From: Perkinsela sp. CCAP 1560/9
Lineage: Eukaryota; Protista; Euglenozoa: Kinetoplastea
DNA length: 64,000 nt
Direction: 5' to 3'
Assembly: GCA_965644495.1 (NCBI GenBank)
Contig: CBFFSA010000018.1
Coordinates: 1 to 64,000, forward strand
Shown here: positions 24,201-36,568 of the stretch, one piece after another
Position numbering within the stretch: position 1 is the first letter of the stretch
Layout: every line of letters starts with the position of its first letter
Position numbers and translations under genes: made by a program
Notes under the pieces: model-generated
Told to the model about the DNA's origin: nothing
The model's input: only the letters and a program-made list of their open reading frames with translations
The model's database searches: none

Positions 24201-27200
24201 ATTCTCTTCTTCTTCTCTTCTACAAAAAGAGAATGAACGACGATCAACATATCACAAGTTGTGATACGTCTTCTTCCTTGAAAAAGAAGGGTGAAAAGAA
24301 CGTTTACACGTTTACTTCGAGTCCCTCTCTTGAAAACGAAATTGTTTCAATTTTGAATCAAGCAACTGTCACGAATTTGACGAATGCTAGCACTATTGAC
24401 AGTGCAGCATATGCTATCATGCAGATGTGTGAAAACACCATCTTTCACACAAACGAAATATGAAAAGAATCTTCAGCCAATGAACTTCGGTGCTGGCTTG
24501 AACGATGCTGCATCGCGAAACGTATTGTCAATTTTGACACATACGAAGTCAATGGAGATGGCTCACGTCGAACATGTTTTGACATTGAGCGCAATCCAAA
24601 AGACGCACTCAAATACTTCTATGAGAGTTCCTCCATTGATCGTCTTCCTTTGGAAGATTTCTCAGTCAGTACGGAAGCTCAAGAAGAGTGCATGAAAAGG
24701 TACAAGAAGAGAATTCTCTTCTTCTTCTCTTCTACAAAAAGAGAATGAACGACGATCAACATATCACAAGTTGTGATACGTCTTCTTCCTTGAAAAAGAA
24801 GGGTGAAAAGAACGTTTACACGTTTACTTCGAGTCCCTCTCTTGAAAACGAAATTGTTTCAATTTTGAATCAAGCAACTGTCACGAATTTGACGAATGCT
24901 AGCACTATTGACAGTGCAGCATATGCTACCATGCAGATGCGTGAAAATACCATCTTTCACACAAACGAAATATGCAAAGAATCTTCAGCCAATGAACTTC
25001 GGTACTGGCTTGAACGATGTTGCATCGCGAAACGTATTGTCAATTTTGACACATACGAAGTCAATGGAGATGGCTCACGTCGAACACGTTTTGACATTGA
25101 GCGCAATCCAAAAGACGCACTCAAATACTTCTATGAGAGTTCCTCCATTGATCGTCTTCCTTTGGAAGATTTCTCAGTCAGTACGGAAGCTCAAGAAGAG
25201 TGCATGAAAAGGTACAAGAAGAGAATTCTCTTCTTCTTCTCTTCTACAAAAAGAGAATGAACGACGATCAACATATCACAAGTTGTGATACGTCTTCTTC
25301 CTTGAAAAAGAAGGGTGAAAAGAACGTTTACACGTTTACTTCGAGTCCCTCTCTTGAAAACGAAATTGTTTCAATTTTGAATCAAGCAACTGTCACGAAT
25401 TTGACGAATGCTAGCACTATTGACAGTGCAACATATGCTATCATGCAGATGCGTGAAAATACCATCTTTCACACAAACGAAATATGAAAAGAATCTTCAG
25501 CCAATGAACTTCGGTGCTGGCTTGAACGATGTTGCATCGCGAAACGTATTGTCAATTTTGACACATACGAAGTCAATGGAGATGGCTCACGTCGAACATG
25601 TTTTGACATTGAGCGCAATCAAAAAGACGCACTCAAATACTTCTATGAGAGTTCCTACATTGATCGTCTTCCTTTGGAAGATTTCTCAGTCAGTACGGAA
25701 GCTCAAGAAGAGTGCATGAAAAGGTACAAGAAGAGGATTCTCTTCTTCTTCTCTTCTACAAAAAGAGAATGAACGACGATCAACATATCACAAGTTGTGA
25801 TACGTCTTCTTCCTTGAAAAAGAAGGGTGAAAAGAACGTTTACACGTTTACTTCGAGTCCCTCTCTTGAAAACGAAATTGTTTCAAGTTTGAATCAAGCA
25901 ACTGTCACGAATTTGACGAATGCTAGCACTATTGACAGTGCAGCATATGCTATCATGCAGATGTGTGAAAACACCATCTTTCACACAAACGAAATATGAA
26001 AAGAATCTTCAGCCAATGAACTTCGGTGCTGGCTTGAACGATGTTGCATCGCGAAACGTATTGTCAATTTTGACACATACGAAGTCAATGGAGATGGCTC
26101 ACGTCGAACACGTTTTGACATTGAGCGCAATCCAAAAGACGCACTCAAATACTTCTATGAGAGTTCCTACATTGATCGTCTTCCTTTGGAAGATTTTTCA
26201 GTCAGTACGGAAGCTCAAGAAGAGTGCATGAAAAGGTACAAGAAGAGAATTCTCTTCTTCTTCTCTTCTACAAAAAGAGAATGAACGACGATCAACATAT
26301 CACAAGTTGTGATACGTCTTCTTCCTTGAAAAAGAAGGGTGAAAAGAACGTTTACACGTTTACTTCGAGTCCCTCTCTTGAAAACGAAATTGTTTCAATT
26401 TTGAATCAAGCAACTGTCACGAATTTGACGAATGCTAGCACTATTGACAGTGCAGCATATGCTACCATGCAGATGCGTGAAAATACCATCTTTCACACAA
26501 ACGAAATATGCAAAGAATCTTCAGCCAATGAACTTCGGTACTGGCTTGAACGATGTTGCATCGCGAAACGTATTGTCAATTTTGACACATACGAAGTCAA
26601 TGGAGATGGCTCACGTCGAACACGTTTTGACATTGAGCGCAATCCAAAAGACGCACTCAAATACTTCTATGAGAGTTCCTACATTGATCGTCTTCCTTTG
26701 GAAGATTTCTCAGTCAGTACGGAAGCTCAAGAAGAGTGCATGAAAAGGTACAAGAAGAGGATTCTCTTCTTCTTCTCTTCTACAAAAAGAGAATGAACGA
26801 CGATCAACATATCACAAGTTGTGATACGTCTTCTTCCTTGAAAAAGAAGGGTGAAAAGAACGTTTACACGTTTACTTCGAGTCCCTCTCTTGAAAACGAA
26901 ATTGTTTCAATTTTGAATCAAGCAACTGTCACGAATTTGACGAATGCTAGCACTATTGACAGTGCAGCATATGCTACCATGCAGATGCGTGAAAATACCA
27001 TCTTTCACACAAACGAAATATGCAAAGAATCTTCAGCCAATGAACTTCGGTACTGGCTTGAACGATGTTGCATCGCGAAACGTATTGTCAATTTTGACAC
27101 ATACGAAGTCAATGGAGATGGCTCACGTCGAACATGTTTTGACATTGAGCGCAATCAAAAAGACGCACTCAAATACTTCTATGAGAGTTCCTACATTGAT

Positions 27201-28290
27201 CGTCTTCCTTTGGAAGATTTCTCAGTCAGTACGGAAGCTCAAGAAGAGTGCATGAAAAGGTACAAGAAGAGAATTCTCTTCTTCTTCTCTTCTACAAAAA
27301 GAGAATGAACGACGATCAACATATCACAAGTTGTGATACGTCTTCTTCCTTGAAAAAGAAGGGTGAAAAGAACGTTTACACGTTTACTTCGAGTCCCTCT
27401 CTTGAAAACGAAATTGTTTCAATTTTGAATCAAGCAACTGTCACGAATTTGACGAATGCTAGCACTATTGACAGTGCAGCATATGCTACCATGCAGATGC
27501 GTGAAAATACCATCTTTCACACAAACGAAATATGCAAAGAATCTTCAGCCAATGAACTTCGGTACTGGCTTGAACGATGTTGCATCGCGAAACGTATTGT
27601 CAATTTTGACACATACGAAGTCAATGGAGATGGCTCACGTCGAACACGTTTTGACATTGAGCGCAATCCAAAAGACGCACTCAAATACTTCTATGAGAGT
27701 TCCTACATTGATCGTCTTCCTTTGGAAGATTTTTCAGTCAGTACGGAAGCTCAAGAAGAGTGCATGAAAAGGTACAAGAAGAGAATTCTCTTCTTCTTCT
27801 CTTCTACAAAAAGAGAATGAACGACGATCAACATATCACAAGTTGTGATACGTCTTCTTCCTTGAAAAAGAAGGGTGAAAAGAACGTTTACACGTTTACT
27901 TCGAGTCCCTCTCTTGAAAACGAAATTGTTTCAAGTTTGAATCAAGCAACTGTCACGAATTTGACGAATGCTAGCACTATTGACAGTGCAGCATATGCTA
28001 TCATGCAGATGTGTGAAAACACCATCTTTCACACAAACGAAATATGAAAAGAATCTTCAGCCAATGAACTTCGGTGCTGGCTTGAACGATGTTGCATCGC
28101 GAAACGTATTGTCAATTTTGACACATACGAAGTCAATGGAGATGGCTCACGTCGAACACGTTTTGACATTGAGCGCGATCCAAAAGACGCACTCAAATAC
28201 TTCTATGAGAGTTCCTACATTGATCGTCTTCCTTTGGAAGATTTTTCAGTCAGTACGGAAGCTCAAGAAGAGTGCATGAAAAGGTACAAA
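21249..28290 (+). repeat. Tandem array of a 512-bp Helitron-internal unit, ~13.8 copies
   Basis: gtccctctcttgaaaacgaa recurs at 21249, 21761, 22273 ... 27905. The unit corresponds to ~14750-15210 on the minus strand. Confidence 0.97.
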
Positions 28291-28572
28291 AAGAGAATGA
28301 ACGACGACGACGAAGAAGAAGAAGACGTATCACAAGTTGTGATTCTTCTAAAGTTATTCTTCTCGAAAGTGTCTTCTTCTTCTTCTTCTTCTTCTTCTTC
28401 TTCTCGAAAGTGACATTCCGAATCCCGAAGCGCAACTTTGTGCAAAGGATCAAAGAATAATGGACAAAAAAGGGAGAATTCCCCGAGGTACAGTAGAACA
28501 ACCTTCTACAAATCGCCTTCCAGCACCCACGCTGGTAGAAGAGATTCTTCTTCCAAAGGTGTTTTAACACTG

Positions 28573-28944
28573 AGCGGAGGTGGTGGAGTGGCAAGAATTC
28601 AAAGTTTGAAGCACATGGTGCTCAGACGGCGAGTTCAAACCCGCTCATCGCAATATTCCTCACTCCAAGAGGCTGGGCTGAGAACCGACTAGTCCCAGTA
28701 CTCGAAGGACCGTCCCGGACCCTCCCCTCAGGCAACCAGCTCCCTAACCGGGCTTACACCTCTTGGGTAAGCCGTGTTGACGTACAGTTCGTCGACGCAG
28801 CGTGTTGGCAACAGCACGTTGGTGCCGCCTTGGAAAAGCGGAAACTGGTAGAGGACGTCGGCCTCGGAACTTCCAAATCTGTCTGTGAAGGGTCTGGCTT
28901 GCCAGTGACCATCCGGAGCAATCCGGAATGATTTGGTTGGTTTG
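28573..28944 (+). mobile_element. 372-bp insertion with 12-bp TSD, probable 5'-truncated non-LTR retroelement
   Basis: Flanked by gttttaacactg (28561-72) and gtttttacactg (28945-56); the site is single-copy at ~8929-8940. One frame is open to a TGA, followed by a ttggttggtttg tail. Confidence 0.6.
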
Positions 28945-30577
28945 GTTTTTACACTGCACAATCATCAGTGTACATAGGAAAGGTGGCGCATATGCCGCAT
29001 CCTTAAGGCCAGACACGAAATTCACTGGACATGCGACGGCTACAGCACGCGAAACCCTTGAGCTCTTGCAACTCGAAAGAGTTCCGGATCTCGAGGGCGC
29101 GATTAAGAGCATCCAAATTGTTTGGATAGCCAACGAACGGCGAATAAAGCGTAGTCAAAGACTATGTTCTGCACAGCTGAGTGGCATATTCGGGGTGAAA
29201 TCAGGGACTCCGAACACCTGGGTAAACTTCCTCTGTGAGCATAACCGTGTATGCTCAACTGAAAGAGGAAGGAAAGATCAACGTTGTTACCGAACAACAT
29301 TGTAGAGACGTTGTCTCACATCTTTGGGATAGATCTGTTTCCCAGGAAGGTGAAAACGCCATAAACAGCATGGTCACCCAAGCAGTGGCTTCCGATACGT
29401 TACATCGCGATCCTCGCGGTGAGATCACACGATCTTTTGTAACTGATCACAACCCTGTAAGCAATGCGCCGGCGGGTGCGCAAATTACGCATGCCGTGGC
29501 GATGCAACTGAAACAAAAAGAAGGTTTACTCAATGAGTATACCGACATGGAAAACATCTTGCTCGGAGCATTTCCGACGCTGATGCAAAAGTACCCTTTC
29601 AAGGGTTCAACGTTTGAACTATATGAAATCAAGGAAATTCTAGAGCAATCGGATTCCCGATTTGCAAAGAATGCTGGATTCATATTTTACTGCTACGATG
29701 TGCTTCGGTGCCGCGAAGCCTCATCAGCAGTAGTGCAAAATCTGAAGTATAACAAAGATATGCACAGATGTTCGTGAATTTTTGCAATGCTGATGCTTTC
29801 CATCACATTGTACAACAGGCTATAAGGAACCCAAACAGTTCCGAAGCGAAACTTCTGGAAACAAAGTTTCTGCCATTTGTGCAAGTATGCGCAAAAACGA
29901 TACCCTTTTCGCTAGCAAAGCGAAAGGCATCACAAAGTCAGATCTACGCCTTATACAGGCGATGCGGACTGCCAACTTACTGGATCACAGTGAGTCCAAA
30001 CATGAACGATAACGTTCTAGATTTAAGAATCTTTACGAATGATGAGAGCGAGAAAATGCAGGAAATGCGGGCCAACCTTCTCAAGCGGTCTGAGCTTGTG
30101 CCATGGTATCCTGTCAGATCCACTAGAATTTTCAAACGGCAAATCCGTACTCTTCTTACCGAATTGTACGGAATGTCGAACGTAGATGAGGTAAAGAAAG
30201 AATGTGACGTTCTTGAAGGCCTCTTTGGTCGCCATCGAGCATTTTTTGGTGTTGTAGAATGCCAAAAAAGAGATGCGCTACACTTTCATAGTGTACTATG
30301 GACGAATCTTAGTCCACATTACGTCTCCGAATTAATTCACATTGTGAAGGAGCACGATGGTCTCGCGAAGTCTTTGGGTACGACGATGCGCGCTGATCTG
30401 CCCGAGTGGGCGCAAAGGATCAGTAAGGAGCTTTACGGCCCTACAACGCTCGACTACTCAAAGATGTATCGCGGAGGACTACATATCATTCTTGATGAAA
30501 AGGATGATTATTTCAGGGAACATGTGTCCAAATGTGCTGCTGATGTTTTTCAAAAAAGTCAGATCACACAGAACTAG
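28945..30577 (+). pseudogene. Helitron DUF6570-like region and HUH Rep, copy 3 (C-terminus deleted)
   Basis: PTYWITVSPN and VECQKRDALHFH; deletion after CAADV. Confidence 0.88.
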
Positions 30578-30737
30578 AAATCAGTGACGATGATTCGTCA
30601 CAAGTCTCTGAGTTCGACAACGGTATCGTAGAGGCCCCTCTAATGATCACCGAACATGATTGTGCAGTTCTTCTCCTATGCAGGCATTGTCAGCGTAAAT
30701 AAGTAAAGAGCTGAACTAGCTCAAGAAGAGCCGGATC

Positions 30738-32906
30738 ATGATTCAGATTTTGAGTGCGGGACAAATCGAAGACGTCGTCGCGGACGTCGTGCTAATGGGA
30801 GATACGCCTTTGAGGACATTGAAGGCCTCCCGGAATTTGAGCCTTTATATTGTTGAACAACAGTTGCGCTCTTTGCACACTGCGCCAGCTATACCAGGTT
30901 TTCCCATATTGAGTTCTTCAAAAGAACCTGGGGCACGAGCTCGAAGCCAGCTTCGAGTAGCGAAACACATGGTGGTATTGTTTTCCCCATGGACGAAAGG
31001 CTCACCGAGCCATGAAATGACCCTAGAAGGGTTTGAAAATGCTTCGAAGAATACTGAGAACGCGGCAAATTTGTATCGACGCAAAGATGCTTGCACTCTG
31101 GAAGAAGCAAGATTAGCACGCAACATTGCGTACGAAAATGAGCTTGAAGTGCGAGAGGTTGAACCTCATCTTCAAGATGCTCTTGAAGCACAGCAGAACA
31201 CTGCAGTGGTTAATGAAGAGCGATTGGTTCAGCAGAATGCATACTGCGAACTACAAACGCGAGCTTTAACGGCCGCGTTAGGAGGTTCTACTGAGAACTC
31301 CTCTGAAGAAAATGTTGATCTTGCATCGACAATGACAGTCATAAATGCGGGAGAGCGCTATGCTGAAATGATCCAAAACGAACGATTTGTAACTTCGGCT
31401 CAATCTGAGCCAAGTGCACCAGTGGACAGATCTCATTTTAATGAGGATCGTCCACTGGCTCGCAGTAATCAATACGAAGAGATTACGTTCGATCGCAGCT
31501 ACATATTGCGCGAAGACAACAATTCCATTGAACTGAACCAAGCACAGAAACAGTGCGTAAATCAAATTGAAGATTTACTAAACGGGAAACTAGACCCCGA
31601 GCGGAAATGTATGTTTCTGCTCGGTGGCCCCGGAACCGGGCAAAGTCTAGTTTCCCGTTTCATAATGCAAGAACTGGGAAGCCAATGTATTGCAATGGCG
31701 CCCACTGGGATCGCCGCATCAGTACTGCACTGTTGCACAATACACGCTTCCCTCTGCATACCGATAGGGGCTACTGCAAGAAATTTGAAACATCTTTCAA
31801 GCAGTAGCCTTCTACCATACCAACAAAGGTATGAGAAATGTCGATTAATCATAGTCGACGAAGTGTCAATGATCAGCAAGTGTTTCCTTGCCTGTATCAA
31901 CACTAGACTGCAGCAAATCAAAGGAAATGAGCAGCTTCCCTATGGAGGCATCAACATGCTCTTTGTTGGAGATTTTTATCAGCTGATACCAGTACAAGGA
32001 GCGTCTCTTACCATAGAAGATAGCTCTCCTGGTAATAATCCCATTTTTGAGAATATTTTTCAAGTCTCGTATGTGTTTGAACTCAAACAGCAAATGCGAG
32101 CACGACAAGATACTGTATTTTCAGATATCTTGCGTCTTCTTCGAAAAGCTCCCAATGAGGGGTTGAAGAAGTTCATCCAATTGGTAAAACCTCTTACCTC
32201 TGAGGACCAAGAAAAGTTCCGCAATGCAATTGTCATTGTTGGAACAAATATTGAACGGCACAAGATTAATGTCGCAATCGCAAGAAATTTTGCCAGACGT
32301 CACAATTGCCCATTGTTCGCATGGACAGGCGATAACGTCCAAGGTAAACTCATTGACACACACCCTGAAGCATTTTCTGTATTTGTAAAAGGAGCACCCG
32401 GTGTAATCACCGAGAACATTGCTCCTTATACAATGAAAATTGCGAATGGGACAGTGATTGAAATGAGAGACCTTGTGTCAGACGATTTGTCATACGACAC
32501 TATTGATGGTGTTCGTTATCTACGAAAAGCCCCTTCTTTTATGCAATGCATTGAGAAGGGGTCAGGTGTAGAATTTTACGCCAAAAAGGCGCAGCACCAT
32601 GATAAGGCTTCCTAAGGAAACTTTCAAGTGGAATTGGGATTTGCCTATACGTATCAAAAAGTACAAGGTATCACCGTGAAGAAAGGTGTTATTCTTGACT
32701 TGAATGATAAGGCGTGGTCCAAGAGACCGGAACTCGCCAAGCTCACAGTAGCAATATCCAGGGCACAATGCCTCGATGATATTCGAGTGCTCCCTGGCAT
32801 GGGCACAGATCGCCCAGGAACACACCTGACTTCAGGTTACCATAGGCCTAAATTTCCGGCCATGGAAAAAGCAAATCGGCTTACCGATTTGACTTATCAA
32901 TTCTAA
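30738..32906 (+). pseudogene. Helitron PIF1 helicase, copy 2
   Basis: Near-identical to 3238-5406, with the same in-frame TAA plus Walker A K>Q (GTGQS) and TYHK>TYQK. Confidence 0.92.
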
Positions 32907-33398
32907 GAAATTAGATTGAAACGATCTTCTTAGGAAGACCTCTCTAGGGGGGAAGCACGCTTGATACCGGTCACAAGCCCGGCGTCTTCAGCTTCGGCAG
33001 AAGAAGTGCGAGTGACCCCAACGCTCACGCGCCCTCTAACAAAAAAAAAAGTCTCCATCATAGCTGCAGAATTACGCTCCGTCAAAATTGCTTTCAATTT
33101 TTTTTATCGAAATTTCAGAAGCTTGTTTGCTTCAAAAGCACCCACCGCGGCAGCGGGCCTGTACCCTCTCGAAGGGCGCTCCGGGCGGGCCCTTCAAAAA
33201 AAGATATCAGAAGCTTGTTTCCTTCAAAATTACACGTCACGAGGTAAAGCACCGCCCGCGGCAGCGGGTCTGCACCCTCTCGAAGGGCCCTCCGGGCAGG
33301 CCCTTCAAAAAGAAGACTTCTACGTTCATGTATTGCTTTTTAAGTTGAATGTTTCTAGACTCAGCTTGATTTTTTTGAAAACTTTCTTTGAAGTTACT

Positions 33399-33740
33399 AT
33401 GGCCTCGGCGGAGAATCAATCAACCAATGGCAACGACATTTCCGACAAGAAAAGAGATACAAAGCGCAAAAGAGATGATTACTTAGAATCTCTACACGTT
33501 TTGCGCTCTGCGCGCGAAGAGCGTGACGAGTGCTCAATCACAATAGAATACCTTCCCTCCTCTACGACTAAAGAAGACCTTACCAAGCATTACGCTTCGT
33601 ATGGTGAAATCGATTGCATAACAATCGTATCAAAAAAAGGACTGGCGCACGTGTGTTTTAGCACTACGGAAGAAGCGAAGCGCGCATCGAGCGTTTACTT
33701 CAAAGGGAAAAAGAAGAGAAACAGATACTTAAATTTCTGA
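33399..33740 (+). CDS. Small RRM-domain protein (Helitron cargo), copy 2
   Basis: Same translation as 2404-2745. Confidence 0.7.
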   Translation: MASAENQSTNGNDISDKKRDTKRKRDDYLESLHVLRSAREERDECSITIEYLPSSTTKEDLTKHYASYGEIDCITIVSKKGLAHVCFSTTEEAKRASSVYFKGKKKRNRYLNF

Positions 33741-33904
33741 ATAAGTGTGTAAGAAGACGTTTGGAAGTGAAAGTTGGTTTAAAATTTTGAATTCATGATT
33801 CGAAGGTTGGAGAAGGAAATAAAACACTTTTCTTTCGAGAAATTTTCGACTTAAATTCGTCCACAGCACCGTTTTTTCTTACGATTCATCGCATCAAAGT
33901 TTTT

Positions 33905-36054
33905 TCTAAGTTGAAAACAACCACCGCGTTCGCTCATGATGTGCGCTTCGCGTTGAAAACTACCTCCGCGTTTAACGAAGAGCCTAAAAAAGAAAAATCT
34001 CCAAAAGATCATGAATAATCTACTGTTTTGGGGGAAAAAGCTCGATTTTTTGGCAAAAATTGCGGAATTTCAACCCAATTTTGGGGTGTTTTGGATACCT
34101 TCCCAGGAAGAGCAGGAGGCGAATCTGATGAAAAAAAAGGAGTAGAATGGTAGCTGAGGTCCCAAACTCTCCAAATACGGTTTAGAAGCCGATTTTGGAA
34201 AAATAATATTTTTGCTTTTTTTTGGGTCAAAAAAAAATCTTTTTGGTCCTCCCAAAAATTTTACAACCACCGCAATTTTTTCTTCTATTATATTACTGTG
34301 TTCCTCTTTATATTTTCACTGTTTTTGTTCACTTTTTTTGCAATAATCGAGGGTAGAGCGGTAGTTATACAACCACCGCAACTACCGCTCTACCCTCGAT
34401 TATTGCAAAAAAAGTGAACAAAAACAGTGAAAATATAAAGAGGAACACAGTAATATAAGAGAAGAAAAAATATAAAAGGGGGCCCGGGTGGTCCAAAACT
34501 GAAAAACAAAATTCAAAAAAATGGGGTCCAGGGGGGGTCCAGGGGGGGCGGTCCATGGGGGGGGCATACGTCGCGAAATTTTTTTTTCGAATTTTTTGCT
34601 TTTCAAAATCGAGCGCAGGGAAGTGGTAGAGTAGGCCGCGGCGATAATTTTCCACCCCCCTGGGGGTACCCCCCCTGGCACGCGCGGGAGGGGTCCGACA
34701 AGGTCAAAATTTCCGAAATTTTTGGGATGACCAAAAAGAATATTTTTTGACCCAAAAAAAAGTAAAAATATTATTTTTCCAAAATCGACTCCTAAAACGT
34801 ATTTTAAGAGTTTTGGACCTCAGCTACCATTATAGGACGTTTTTTCGACAGAACCGCCTCCTGCCCCTACTGGGAAGGCATCAAAAAGGGCCCAAATTCG
34901 GTGTAAAATTTCGCAATTTTTGCCGAAAAATCGAGCATTTACCCCCCAGATTATTCATGATCTTTTGGAGATTTTTCTTTTTTAGGCTCTTCGTTTAACG
35001 CGGTGGTAGTTTTCGACGCGAAGCGCGCAGCATGAGTGACTTCTAAGTTGAAAACAACCACCGTGTTTAGCGAGGAGCCTAAAAAAGAAATTAAAGGGGG
35101 CTTCGGTGGTCCAAAATTGAAAAAAAAATTTGAAAAAAATGGAGGGTCTAGGAGGGGGTCCATGGGGGGGGCATACCGCACGAAAGCCCCCTTCGTATCC
35201 GCAGGACGGGCCCGCCAAGTTCGGATTTTTTCGGAAAAAAAATTGAAAAAAAATTCAACTTGGCGAAAAAAATGGCAAAAAAATATTTTTCCAAAATCAT
35301 TTCCCCAATTGTATTTTGAGAGTTTGGGACCTATGCTAGCTTTCTCCGCAGTTGTTTTCTCCGTGATATGCCTGTGAAAATGACCCATGTTTGACTAAAA
35401 AATGCCAAAAAGTATTTTTCGGACCCAAAGGGGTCTTTTTGGGTCGAAAAAATGGTATGGTTGGAGTCGCATTCTCTACCCAATACGTTCGGTAGGCTCC
35501 GCGTACCCGCAGGACGGGTCCGCCAAGTTCGGATTTTTTCGAAAAAAGAAATTTGAAAAAAAATCAACTTGGCGGAAAAAGGTAAAAAAAATATTTTTTT
35601 TCAAAATCCTTTCCCTATTGTATTTTGTTAGTTTGGGACCTACACTAGCTTTCTACTTGTTTTCGCAAGGTATCCCTTTTTTGTAGCCGTGGTATACTTC
35701 CCAAAATGACCCATTTTTGACCAAAAAAGGTGAACAAGTATTTTTCGGACCCCAAGGGGCCTTTTTGTGTCGAAAAAATGGTATGGTTGGAGTCGCATTC
35801 TCTACCCAATACGTTCGGTAGGCTGTCATTCCTGCCTACGAGTGATTTCCCACGAGAAAATGTCGGATTTAGTGCTTTGAGAGCAAAAATACCCAAAAAT
35901 GACCCCATTTTTACCCGAAATTCGGCTATTTTTGGCTATAATATTTCAATTTTCTTCAGCTTTCCAGGCTAAATTTTCTTTTTTAGTTTCTTCGTTAAAC
36001 ACGGTGGTAGTTTTCAACGCGAAGAGCACAGCATGTGTGACTTCTAAGTTGAAA
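33905..36054. repeat. Cluster of terminal-repeat family copies in both orientations
   Basis: Multiple matches to 52264-53170, including the palindrome at ~34975-35092 and a fold-back at 34276-34470. Confidence 0.85.
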
Positions 36055-36085
36055 TATTTTTTGCTCTAAGTTGAGGGTTGTTTTA

Positions 36086-36365
36086 CAGTATGCAAAAAAA
36101 CTGTTCACAGGTTTGACACTTTTTTGTTGTTGGTGTTTCCCTGTGGCCAGGTGTCGTGTGCATTGAAGTAGTATATCAGAGTAGTGTACGCGTGGGTACT
36201 AGGTATATGTTGCCATAGAGCTTCCGACTCAATCGGCTTTGTAACAAAAGTGTGATCGTATGCAGGTAAAGAAAAACATGTGGCCACAGGGACACAAAAC
36301 ATGGCCACAGGGAAACACCAACAACAAAAAAGTGTCAAACATGTGAACAGTTTTTTTGCATACTG
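36086..36365. mobile_element. 280-bp Tc1/mariner-type MITE
   Basis: ~63-bp TIRs cagtatgcaaaaaaactgttcaca...tggcca, flanked by TA on both sides. Confidence 0.85.
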
Positions 36366-36568
36366 TATATTTGCGCACGGTGTTAATATTGTTTTGAAAG
36401 ATGATGAGAAAATAGTTTTGCTAACAAAACTATGAAGTAATTCTTTTTCTGTAGAAATACGTTTTTAGAAATGCGTTTCTTGTGCGCCGGAAGACAATAT
36501 GCATTTAGTATTGATTACAAAATTCATTTATTCCTTTCTAGTAAATTTTCGTTCTTCTACGTTCTTCT

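Larger units (their letters stand above)
19200..33990 (+). mobile_element. Decayed Helitron2-type element, right arm (inverted relative to left arm)
   Basis: ZnF fragment, N-terminal region, Rep, helicase and RRM ORF on the plus strand, nearly identical to the minus-strand copies. Confidence 0.8.

Noticed and set aside
21249-28290. CRISPR-like array or multi-copy gene family
   Set aside because: Units are contiguous 512-bp copies with no unique spacers, and the ORFs are fragments of Helitron coding sequence.
32950-33020. Canonical HDV-like ribozyme
   Set aside because: P1 has only 5 of 7 pairs, P4 is weak, and a competing UUCG hairpin is more convincing.
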